This document shows positions 1-8,500 of a stretch of 32,000 nucleotides of DNA, one piece after another; the first letter of the stretch is position 1; every line of letters begins with the position of its first letter. The stretch covers positions 1,650,001-1,682,000 of the forward strand of contig NC_008578.1 of assembly GCF_000015025.1 (NCBI RefSeq). The letters run 5' to 3'. The DNA comes from Acidothermus cellulolyticus 11B. GTDB lineage: Bacteria; Actinomycetota; Actinomycetes; Acidothermales; Acidothermaceae. The notes below the pieces were generated by a model. The model was given only the letters and a program-made list of their open reading frames with translations, searched no databases and was not told where the DNA came from. A program made the translations under genes and the position numbers.

Positions 1-808
1 CGGCGCATTAGAGGCCAGCAGATCGGCCGCGGCGCTCGGCGGGCCGAGCCTCGGTGGTCTCCTCGCACAGCTTTTCACCGCTCCCTACGCCGTTGCCGCG
101 GATGCAGTGAGCTTTGCCTGGTCTGCTGCGTGGATCGCGGCCATCGACGCTGCCGAGGTGCGCAAGCCCCGAGCACAGTCCTCGACAGGCCGGGAAATTC
201 TTGACGGGCTTCGCTTCGTCTTCGGTCACCGGCTGCTCCGCATGCTGGCGGGCAGCACGGCGAGTTTCAATCTTTTCAACGGACTGACCAACGCTGTCGT
301 CGTACTTTTCCTGGTTCGCACCGTGGGCCTTTCGGCAGGCTCGATCGGCGTCCTCTTCAGTGCCGCGGGTCTCGGTGGATTGGCCGGTGCACTCGTCGCG
401 CATCGGCTCAACCGCTCTCTCGGTTACGCCCGGATGATTCGCGGATCCGCTGCCATCGTTGCTCTCCTCGCTCCCCTTCTCCCGCTGACCGACCGCGGAT
501 GGCGGTTGAGCCTCTTCGTCGTGTGGTCGCTCGTCGGGTCGGCGGCGATTGCCGCATACAACATCGCCACGGTGTCGCTCCGGCAGGTGCTCTGCCCGCC
601 TGAGCTCCTCGGCCGGATGAATGCGACCATGCGTTTCGTCGTCTGGGGAACCCTGCCGCTCGGAAGTCTGCTTGGCGGAGCGCTCGGCGCGAACCTTGGC
701 CTTCGCGGCGCGCTCTGGGTGGCGGCGATCGGAACGCTCGGTAGTCCCGCCTGGGTTTTCGCCTCTCCCCTGCGCGCCGGCCAACCCGTCACGGAAGGGG
801 TTTTCTAG
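1..808 (+). CDS. MFS transporter, C-terminal part (5' end lies outside the window)
   Basis: The frame of ORF 107..808 stays open back to nt 2 with no stop (GALEASRSAAALGGPSLGGLLAQLF...). The product is hydrophobic, Gly/Ala/Leu-rich and shows multiple TM segments typical of the second half of a 12-TM MFS protein. GC3 is high in this frame. Confidence 0.8.
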   Translation, partial: GALEASRSAAALGGPSLGGLLAQLFTAPYAVAADAVSFAWSAAWIAAIDAAEVRKPRAQSSTGREILDGLRFVFGHRLLRMLAGSTASFNLFNGLTNAVVVLFLVRTVGLSAGSIGVLFSAAGLGGLAGALVAHRLNRSLGYARMIRGSAAIVALLAPLLPLTDRGWRLSLFVVWSLVGSAAIAAYNIATVSLRQVLCPPELLGRMNATMRFVVWGTLPLGSLLGGALGANLGLRGALWVAAIGTLGSPAWVFASPLRAGQPVTEGVF

Positions 809-832
809 GCTGGCAGACATCCGGCCGCAGCG

Positions 833-2209
833 GTGGTTTGTCCGAGCAGGGAAGGAACAACGATCAGCAGCATCGACGGCACACCCGTAGGAGAGAGACG
901 ACCGCAAGCGGGAAATCAACGGACGGCGGTTCCCGAGGCCCCAGACAAGGACCGACAGGCCCGGTCGGTGCCGGACTGGCGTCCAGGCGACCGATTCCAA
1001 ATTGCGCTGCTCACAGTGGCGCACGCGGTTCAGCATTTCTCGGCTGCCGTCTTGGCCTTCTCCTATCCGTTCGTCGTGGCGTACTTCCACGTTTCGTACG
1101 CCGTGTTGGGCGTCGTCCTTGGCGTCACCGGAGTAATCGGCGGATTGCTGCAGGGGATCGCGGGACTGCTCCGCCGGATTCCTGCTCGAACCCTGCTCGT
1201 CGGACAGGACATCGGTTTGGCGGCAAGCCTGCTCCTTGGTGCACTTTCCCCGGTCTTTGCGGTCTTTGCCCTCGCCAAGGCATTGGGATCGCTTGTCCAG
1301 TGGCCGCAGCATCCGATCGGAAGCGCGTACTTGTCGGAACGCGTGCCACATCGCCGGGCGTTCGCGCTCTCCTGGCATACCATCGGCGGCAGCATCGGAA
1401 CACTCGCCGTGCCGCTCATCGCGGGATTTGTCACCGCCCGCTGGGGTTGGCGGTGGTCGCTCGGCGTTTTTGTTCCTCCCCTCCTGCTCGGCGCAGCTGC
1501 GCTCTGGTTTGGGATGGATCGCGACGTTTCGCCGTCGTCCGACGACGAAACAGCGGTTCCGGTTGTTGAACAGGGCCGGAATGCGCCGCCCGTCGACGCC
1601 GCGCAGTCACTGGGAGCTGTACTGCGGCGGCCGGCCGCACTCGCCGCCCTGGCCGCCGGGACGGTTGCGGCGGCGGGACGGGGCCTCGGCGTCCTCGGTG
1701 CCTATGTGCCGGCGTTTCTCCGCGACGGGGCACATCTGGGGTCCGTGCTGGTCGGCGTACTCTATACCGTCATGCTGGTGGGCAGCGTCGTCGGACCAGC
1801 TGGCGCGGGCTGGCTCGCGGACCGGGTGGGACGGCGGACCGTGCTGCTTGTCGTCTACCCGGCAGCGGCTCTCTTCCTCGTCCTGTATGTGTTCGTTGGC
1901 GCCACACTCTGGGCACTGGCCGTGGTCGGCTTGTTCGTGGGTGTTTTTGCGTACGCGGAATCCCCGCTCATCCAGGCGCTGTTCGCCGACACGACGGCTG
2001 GAGCAGCGGCACGGTCCGTATTCGGTGTTTATTTCGCCATTGCCTACGGTGTCGGCGCTTTGTGGCAGGTGATTATCGGCTGGTTGGTCAGTTCCTACGG
2101 TTTTCGGACGGCTTTCATCGTCATGGCAATTTCGTTCGTGGCCGCCGGTCTCTGCGTGGCCGGCGCCCGCGAGCAGCCAGCCGGCGACCGGACCAGAGCC
2201 GCGGCATGA
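833..2209 (+). CDS. MFS transporter
   Basis: 458-aa ORF with about 12 predicted hydrophobic helices and a central hydrophilic loop (DRDVSPSSDDETAVP). An MFS-like motif GWLADRVGRR follows a TM segment. The GTG start at 833 is the only start given by the ORF track, so the true start is uncertain because the first ~55 aa are hydrophilic. Confidence 0.8.
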   Translation: MVCPSREGTTISSIDGTPVGERRPQAGNQRTAVPEAPDKDRQARSVPDWRPGDRFQIALLTVAHAVQHFSAAVLAFSYPFVVAYFHVSYAVLGVVLGVTGVIGGLLQGIAGLLRRIPARTLLVGQDIGLAASLLLGALSPVFAVFALAKALGSLVQWPQHPIGSAYLSERVPHRRAFALSWHTIGGSIGTLAVPLIAGFVTARWGWRWSLGVFVPPLLLGAAALWFGMDRDVSPSSDDETAVPVVEQGRNAPPVDAAQSLGAVLRRPAALAALAAGTVAAAGRGLGVLGAYVPAFLRDGAHLGSVLVGVLYTVMLVGSVVGPAGAGWLADRVGRRTVLLVVYPAAALFLVLYVFVGATLWALAVVGLFVGVFAYAESPLIQALFADTTAGAAARSVFGVYFAIAYGVGALWQVIIGWLVSSYGFRTAFIVMAISFVAAGLCVAGAREQPAGDRTRAAA

Positions 2210-2293
2210 CCGACACGCCGGTTGCCGGGCAGCGGAAAGCCGGTCGCTGTCAGCCAGCCGTTGCCGCCGCGCCGAACGGCGACGCGCCCGTCA

Positions 2294-3316
2294 TCACGGA
2301 GTGAGCAGCACCTTGACCGCCCGACGTTCATCCATCGCCTGGTATCCGCGCGCCGCCTCGGCCAGGGGCAATGCGAGGTCGAAAACCCGACTGGCGTCAA
2401 TGCGACGCGACCAGATCAGATCGATGAGCTCCGGGAGGTAGCGGCGCACCGGCGCTGGGCCGCCGTGCAGGTGCACGTGGGAGAAGAACAATTCGTCGCC
2501 GGGAAGCTGAACGCCGTGAGCGACGCCGACGTACCCCACGTGCCCACCCGGACGGGTGGCCCGAATCGCCTGCATCATGGCTTCCTGCGTGCCGACGGCT
2601 TCGATAGCGCAGTGCGCGCCCAGCCCGTTGGTAAGGGCCTTGACGCGGGCGACGCCGTCGTCGCCGCGCTCGGGAATAATCTCCGTCGCGCCGTATTCCC
2701 AGGCGATTTTCTGCCGTTCCTCATGCCGGCTCATCACGATGATGCGCTCGGCTCCCCGATGGCGGGCGGCCAAGACGGCGAGGAGTCCCACTGCGCCGTC
2801 ACCGACGATCACGACGGTCTTGCCCGGCGAGACCTGGGCGGCGTCCGCGGCGAACCAGGCGGTGCCCAGAACGTCGGATGCGGCGAGCAGGCTGGGAACG
2901 AGGTCGTCCGGCGGAGCGGCAGGCGTGGCAACGAGCGTACCGTCAGCGAGCGGCACACGCAGATACTCCGCTTGCGCCCCAAGTTCTCCCATCGGCTGCC
3001 GGTTGACGCACGAGCTCTGGTAACCGGCACGGCAGATCTCGCAGGTGTTGTCACTGGCGAAGAAGGAGCCCACGACGAATTGGCCGCGCCGAACTGTGGT
3101 GACCGCAGCGCCGACGTCCTCGACGAATCCGACGTACTCGTGACCCATCGGCACCGGGCCGTCCACCCGATCGATGCCACGGTACGGCCAAAGGTCCGAC
3201 CCGCAGATACAGGTCGCAGCGAGCCGGATGATTGCGTCGGTCGGCTCGACGCAGACCGGATCCGCTCGATCAACGACCCGCACGTCCCGCGGTGCGTACA
3301 ACATCACGCCACGCAT
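2294..3316 (-). CDS. Zinc-dependent alcohol dehydrogenase family oxidoreductase (formaldehyde/alcohol dehydrogenase-like)
   Basis: 340 aa. N-terminal catalytic-zinc motif CICGSDLWPYRG and HEYVG. Structural-zinc Cys cluster DNTCEICRAGYQSSC. Rossmann motif VVIVGDGAVGLLA. Confidence 0.9.
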   Translation of the reverse strand: MRGVMLYAPRDVRVVDRADPVCVEPTDAIIRLAATCICGSDLWPYRGIDRVDGPVPMGHEYVGFVEDVGAAVTTVRRGQFVVGSFFASDNTCEICRAGYQSSCVNRQPMGELGAQAEYLRVPLADGTLVATPAAPPDDLVPSLLAASDVLGTAWFAADAAQVSPGKTVVIVGDGAVGLLAVLAARHRGAERIIVMSRHEERQKIAWEYGATEIIPERGDDGVARVKALTNGLGAHCAIEAVGTQEAMMQAIRATRPGGHVGYVGVAHGVQLPGDELFFSHVHLHGGPAPVRRYLPELIDLIWSRRIDASRVFDLALPLAEAARGYQAMDERRAVKVLLTP

Positions 3317-3411
3317 CAGATCGCCTCCGTGACACCAGGATCAAGCACTGCAGAATGCGACACTCGCACCCAGCCTAGTCCGGGCAGCCCGGCGGACCGC
3401 TGCGGGCGCTT

Positions 3412-3463
3412 GCGGCGGTAGGCCGGGCGGCGGTAGGCCGGGCGGCGGTAGGCCGGGCGGCGG
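3412..3463. repeat. Tandem repeat, 15-bp unit gcggcggtaggccgg, 3 perfect copies plus a partial fourth
   Basis: Read directly: units at 3412-3426, 3427-3441 and 3442-3456 are identical, followed by the partial gcggcgg. Lies in the 541-bp adh/hsp20 divergent intergenic region. Confidence 0.95.
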
Positions 3464-3478
3464 GCCGCTTCCGGCGAT

Positions 3479-3510
3479 GGGTACATCCCGCGGCGGGTAC
3501 ATCCCGCGGC
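3479..3510. repeat. Tandem repeat, 16-bp unit gggtacatcccgcggc, 2 perfect copies
   Basis: Units at 3479-3494 and 3495-3510 are identical. Both sides are flanked by ggccgcttcc motifs (3462-3471 and 3511-3520). Confidence 0.95.
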
Positions 3511-3754
3511 GGCCGCTTCCCGCGGCGGGCCGGGCCGGACGCCGCAGTTCGTGCGGCGGGCGTTTCCGACGGCACTCGGGCCGGGCCGATGTACCGACTC
3601 CGTTCGTCAACGTCATCCCTTGGCACTGCAGCGCGGGCCGGGGAGTGGGCAGATCTCCTTGTGCGTCAAGAGTTTCTCCGTATCCGTCGCAAGTTCCGGC
3701 GCGGCAGCATGTTTGATCAACGCGGTGGGCCGAACATAACAGAAGTGGGCGGCA

Positions 3755-3820
3755 ACTCCGCCCGGCGACGCCGTGGAGCGTAGACAGTACTCCGCCCGGC
3801 GACGCCGTACAGCGTGGACA
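3755..3820. repeat. Direct repeat, 34-bp period, 2 copies (actccgcccggcgacgccgt + g/a-rich tail), immediately upstream of hsp20
   Basis: The 20-nt core is identical at 3755-3774 and 3789-3808. The following 12 nt are similar (ggagcgtagaca vs acagcgtggaca). The repeat ends ~38 nt before the hsp20 ATG. Confidence 0.9.
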
Positions 3821-3857
3821 TTTTGTCGATATCACGAGATGAAGGGAGGGATGACCG

Positions 3858-4313
3858 ATGGCGCTTCCGGTCCGGGCGACAAGGAATCGTGCACCGGCTC
3901 GGCTCGACCTGTTCCGGGAGTTCGACGAACTGACGGACCGACTGAACCAATTGTGGGAGAACACGTTCGGCAGTTTGGCGAGTGATCCATGGTGGTCGCC
4001 GCTTGCCGATATCGAAGAAACGGACGACGCGTACACGGTGGAAATCGATCTCCCGGGCGTCAAACGGGATGACGTCACGGTGGAATTTCACAACGGCGAA
4101 CTGCGGGTCAGCGGGGAAATCAAAGAGCGGGAGCGAACCGGTATTTTACGGCGGCAAACACGTCGGACAGGACACTTCCAGTATGCCGTCCACCTCCCTG
4201 GTGAGATCGATGTCGACAAGGTGACCGCCCAGCTGACCGACGGTGTCCTTACCGTGCGTCTCCCCAAGGTGGCCGCGGCTAAAGGCCGCCGCATCGAGAT
4301 CACCTCCGGATAA
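3858..4313 (+). CDS. hsp20: Hsp20/alpha-crystallin family small heat-shock protein
   Basis: 151 aa. The alpha-crystallin domain is recognisable (DIEETDDAYTVEIDLPGVKRDDVTVEFHNGELRVSGE ... LTDGVLTVRLPK). RBS gaagggaggg lies 5-12 nt upstream of the ATG. Confidence 0.95.
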   Translation: MALPVRATRNRAPARLDLFREFDELTDRLNQLWENTFGSLASDPWWSPLADIEETDDAYTVEIDLPGVKRDDVTVEFHNGELRVSGEIKERERTGILRRQTRRTGHFQYAVHLPGEIDVDKVTAQLTDGVLTVRLPKVAAAKGRRIEITSG

Positions 4314-4320
4314 CCGGTGT

Positions 4321-4350
4321 GCTCCGGCTCGCCGTCGCGCGAGCCGGAGC
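4321..4350 (+). terminator. Stem-loop downstream of hsp20 (candidate intrinsic terminator)
   Basis: Perfect 11-bp inverted repeat gctccggctcg (4321-4331) / cgagccggagc (4340-4350) with an 8-nt loop, starting 8 nt after the hsp20 stop. There is no U-tract, which is common in high-GC actinobacteria. Confidence 0.6.
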
Positions 4351-4487
4351 AGCCGGCACCGCGGTACGGCATGGCGGACCGCCCTGGGGCGAACTTCGGC
4401 GCATCAGCCCGCCTGGCGCTGTGGCTGTACGCCGTCCGGGAGAGAGGGTTTGCGACGGACCTGCGAGCATAGTGACGCCGATGACCA

Positions 4488-4581
4488 CCGCACCGGCGGT
4501 CGCACCACCCGAACGGACGTGAGGCGCCAGGGAGGCCCGCCGACTCGGTCTCCGCACCGGCGGTCGTACCACCCGAACGGA
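4488..4581 (+). repeat. Direct repeat, two 30-nt copies (ccgcaccggcggtcg[c/t]accacccgaacgga), 64-bp period, in the nucleoside hydrolase leader
   Basis: Copies at 4488-4517 and 4552-4581 differ at one position. Each ends in an acGGAg/acGGAc Shine-Dalgarno-like element and is followed by a GTGA (4519-4522 and 4590-4593). Confidence 0.9.
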
Positions 4582-4589
4582 GCGTACGC

Positions 4590-5525
4590 GTGAAACGCAT
4601 TCTCCTCGATTGCGATACCGGTATTGACGACGCGTTAGCCATCATCTACGGCATCCGTCACGGAGCCCAATTCGCCGGAATTGGCTCGGTGCACGGAAAC
4701 GTGCCCGCCCCGCTGGCCGCGGCCAACACCTTGCGGGTGCTCGACGTGCTCGGAGCTGCGGAGATTCCCGTTCGTGTCGGCGCGGCCCGTCCGATCGCCC
4801 AGCCGCTGTGCACCGCCGAGCACGTCCACGGCGCCGACGGCCTGGGAAATACCAATCTCCCGCCGCCGAAACGGTCTCCTTACCCTGGCTCGGCGGCCGA
4901 GCAGATCGTGAGCCTCGCTCATCGTTTTCCCGGTGAGCTGACGCTCGTCGCCATCGGCCCATTGACCAACGTGGCTCTCGCCCTGCTCCTCGACCCCGAG
5001 CTGCCGGCCCTCATTCCCGACGTCATCGTCATGGGCGGTGTCGTGCAACCGCCCGGCAATGTCACGCCGCTGGCTGAAGCCAATATCTGGCACGATCCCG
5101 AAGCGGCCGCCTTGGTCATCGAAGCAGCGTGGTCGGTCACCTTCGTCACGCTCGACGTGACCATGCGCACACTGCTGCGGGAGGATCAGCTCGCCGCAAT
5201 CGCGAACGCAGCAACACCCCACGGCCGGTTCGCCTGGTCGGTTCTCCAGTTCTACCTAGACGCCTACGAACGACGGCTTGCGACGCGAACCTGCCCGCTG
5301 CACGATCCGCTGGCACTCGCGCTCGCGCTCGACCCGAGCCTTGCCACCTATCGCAGCCTGCCCACCCGCATCGAACTGCGAGGCGAAACCAGCCGGGGCA
5401 TGGCGGTGTGCGACCTCCGCGGTCCCCAAGCCGACCGGGATTCTTCCTGGCATGACGTCCGGTACGTCGCCGAGCTCGACATCGAGACGTTTCATCACCG
5501 GTTCCTCGACGCCTTGCTCAGCTGA
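4590..5525 (+). CDS. Nucleoside hydrolase (inosine/uridine-preferring family)
   Basis: 311 aa. N-terminal aspartate cluster ILLDCDTGIDDALAI (the DXDXXXDD signature of IU-nucleoside hydrolases), then GPLTNVA and IWHDPEAA motifs. GTG start with GGAG 8 nt upstream. Confidence 0.9.
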   Translation: MKRILLDCDTGIDDALAIIYGIRHGAQFAGIGSVHGNVPAPLAAANTLRVLDVLGAAEIPVRVGAARPIAQPLCTAEHVHGADGLGNTNLPPPKRSPYPGSAAEQIVSLAHRFPGELTLVAIGPLTNVALALLLDPELPALIPDVIVMGGVVQPPGNVTPLAEANIWHDPEAAALVIEAAWSVTFVTLDVTMRTLLREDQLAAIANAATPHGRFAWSVLQFYLDAYERRLATRTCPLHDPLALALALDPSLATYRSLPTRIELRGETSRGMAVCDLRGPQADRDSSWHDVRYVAELDIETFHHRFLDALLS

Positions 5526-5558
5526 CCGTCCCGGAATCCGCGAGGGCGGCAATCCCGG

Positions 5559-8500
5559 TCAGCTGCAGCCGCTGGTGGAGCCGCAACCTTCGCAGACGTA
5601 GCAGCTTCCGGCGGGACGCATTGTCGTGCCGCAGTTCATGCAGAGCGGCGCATCCGCCGCCTGGCCGAAGACCCGGTCCACCAACTCCGCCGCGCCGTGT
5701 CCGCCCAATCCCGGCGTCGTGGCGCGAGGAGCCGACCCGGCAACCGCCGTGTCCGCCCTGGCTTCGGCGTCGTCCGCTGTAACCGAATCGGCCGTTTCGT
5801 CAGCCAACGGTTCGGCTGACGCTGCGGAGAGCTCGCCCGATTGCTTCCGCGCCCGCTCCTCGGCGCTGAAAATCCCCAGCTCCTCACGTTTTTCATAAGG
5901 CAGGTAGTCCAGCGCGAGACGACGGAAGATGTAGTCCATGATCGAACTCGCGAAGCGGATATCCGGATCGTCCGTCATCCCGGACGGCTCGAACCGCATG
6001 TTCACGAACTTCGACACGAACGCCTCGAGCGGAACGCCGTACTGCAAGGCGATCGATATCGCGATCGCAAATGCGTCCATCACACCGGCCAGCGTCGAGC
6101 CCTGCTTGCCGAGCTTGAGAAACACCTCGCCAAGCCCGTTGTCCGGGTACGAACCCGCCGTCAGGTATCCCTCAGCGCCGCCGACCGAGAACGAAATCGT
6201 CTGGCTCGGACGACGCTTCGGCAGCCGACGCCGTACCGGCCGATGCTCGTGAGACCCCTCGACAGCAGCGGACACCTTCTTCTCCTTGGCGTCCGAGAGT
6301 GGTTGACCCACCTTGCAATTGTTGCGGTAGATCGCGAGCGCCTTGAGGCCGAGCTTCCAACCCTGGAAATAGATTTCTTCGACATCCTCAACGGTGGCCG
6401 ACTCCGGCATGTTCACCGTCTTCGAAATGGCGCCGCTGATGAAGGGCTGGACCGCGGCCATCATCCGCACATGCCCCATCGGGGAAATCGCCCGATCGCC
6501 CATCGCGCAGTCGAACACTTCGTAATGCTCCGGCCGCAGGCCGGGAGCGCCGACGACGCTGCCGTGCTCGCTGATGTATTCAACAATCGCCTCGACCTGT
6601 TCCTCGGGATAGCCGAGGGTGCGCAACGCTCGCGGCACGGTCCGATTGACGATCTGCATCGACCCGCCGCCGACGAGCTTCTTGAATTTCACCAGGGCAA
6701 GGTCGGGTTCGATGCCCGTGGTGTCACAGTCCATCGCCAGTCCGATCGTTCCCGTCGGCGCGAGCACCGACGCCTGGGAATTGCGCCAGCCGTGCTGTTC
6801 ACCGAGGGTCAGGCACTCCCGCCACATCTGGCAGGCCCGCTCCGCGATCGCGCGGTCCATCTCGCCGATAGTCCGGAGCGCATCGGACGCCGCTGCGTGC
6901 TTACGCATCACCCGCTTGTGCGCCTCCGCGTTGCGGGCGTAACCGTCGTACGGGCCGACGATCGCTGCCAGCTCCGCTGATCTCTTGTACGCCGTCGCCG
7001 TCATCAGCGAGGTGATCGCCGCCGCCAAGGCGCGGCCGCCGTCGGAATCGTAAGCGTGACCGGTCGCCATCAACAGGGCGCCGAGATTCGCGTAACCGAT
7101 GCCGAGCTGACGGAACCGCCGGGTGGTGTCCGCAATCTTCTCCGTCGGAAAGTCGGCGAAACAGATGGAGATATCCATCGCGGTGATGACGAGCTCGACC
7201 ACCTTGATGAAAGTGTCGATGTCGAATCGGCCGTCATCGGTGAGGAACTTCATCAGGTTGAGGGAGGCCAGATTGCACGACGAATTATCCAGGTGCATGT
7301 ACTCCGAGCACGGATTGCTCGCCGTGATCCGGCCGGATTCCGGACAGGTGTGCCAATCGTTGATCGTGTCGTCGTACTGAATGCCGGGATCGGCGCACGC
7401 CCAGGCCGCTTCGGCCATTTTCCGGAACAGCTTGCGGGCGTCGACGGTCTCAATCACCTCGCCCGTCGTCCGGGCCCGCAGACCGAAGCTCTCCCCGCGT
7501 TCCACCGCCCGCATGAATTCATCGCTCACCCGGACCGAGTTGTTGGCGTTCTGATACTGGACGCTGTAGAGGTCGCGACCGCCAAGGTCCATGTCGAAAC
7601 CGGCGTCCCGCAGGACGCGAATTTTCTCTTCCTCCCGGACCTTGGTCTCGATGAACTCCTCGATGTCCGGGTGGTCGACGTCCAGAATGACCATCTTGGC
7701 TGCGCGCCGGGTCGCGCCGCCGGATTTGATGGTCCCCGCTGATGCATCGGCCCCGCGCATGAACGAGACGGGACCCGACGCCGTCCCGCCGCTCGAGAGC
7801 AACTCCTTCGACGAACGGATTCGGGACAGGTTCACGCCGGCACCGGAACCCCCCTTGAAGATGAGGCCTTCCTCCTTGTACCAGTCGAGAATCGACTCCA
7901 TCGTGTCGTCGACCGAGAGAATGAAGCAGTTGTGCACGCGGATGCCATCGGACAAATACTCGCCGCTCTCGGTCTGAATGTCGTAAACCGGCATGACGCC
8001 CAGCTCGTCAATCGCGAGGATGTCAACGATCTGCCCCGGCTGTGCGGCCGCGGCAGAATCCGCCGTGAACGCGGCGACCATGGCGTCACTGTTCGCGCGG
8101 TCATGCCATTCGAGACGGTCACCGACCCTTAGCTGGCCGGCGGGAACGAACCGGCCGGCCGTCTGGTCAACGACCTGCCACACCAGGTGGTCCGGCGTCA
8201 CGTCGAGCACGTGCCCACCACTGGTGCGGATTCGCAATACCGGCTTGCGGCCGTTGCATGTCGTCGCGACGATCCGAGTGACACCAGAGGCGTCGAACAC
8301 CTTCTCCCCGACGGCGTTCGCGTCAACCAGTTTTCCGATCGGAATCGGCCCGTCCGGCGTGCTCACCGGCGCGCTGTACGGCTGGCAGGCCGACACTTGC
8401 TGCTTCGCCGGCGTACCGACGTTGAACCAGACCGGCGAGTTGAAGCTGAAGACCTGGTGCACGAGCGCATGCGCCAGTTCGTGCTCGAAAATCGTCGCGT

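Noticed and set aside
8-1378. 456-aa ORF on the minus strand across both MFS genes
   Set aside because: It is antisense to two hydrophobic, well-formed transporter ORFs. The product is Arg/Glu/Pro-rich low-complexity sequence, typical of spurious long ORFs in high-GC DNA.
3412-3820. Possible CRISPR array, given several direct repeats with regular spacing
   Set aside because: There are only 2-3 copies per locus, the units are 15-34 bp and mostly contiguous without unique spacers, each locus has a different repeat sequence, and there are no cas genes in the window.
3560-3860. CIRCE (HrcA) or HAIR (HspR) heat-shock operator upstream of hsp20
   Set aside because: There is no TTAGCACTC-N9-GAGTGCTAA or CTTGAGT-N7-ACTCAAG match. 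The closest candidate, cttgtgcgtcaag at ~3658-3670, is only a 4-bp inverted repeat.
3341-4078. 245-aa minus-strand ORF containing PPGLPPPGLPPPGLPP
   Set aside because: The proline repeat is simply the translation of the 15-bp DNA tandem array. The ORF runs antisense into hsp20 and has no other protein-like features.
5841-6980. 379-aa plus-strand ORF, with other plus-strand ORFs (7056-7742, 7993-8547, 8187-8654), inside nrdJ
   Set aside because: All lie antisense to the NrdJ coding sequence, which carries the canonical RNR motifs. They show no motifs and have a biased Arg/Leu/His composition.
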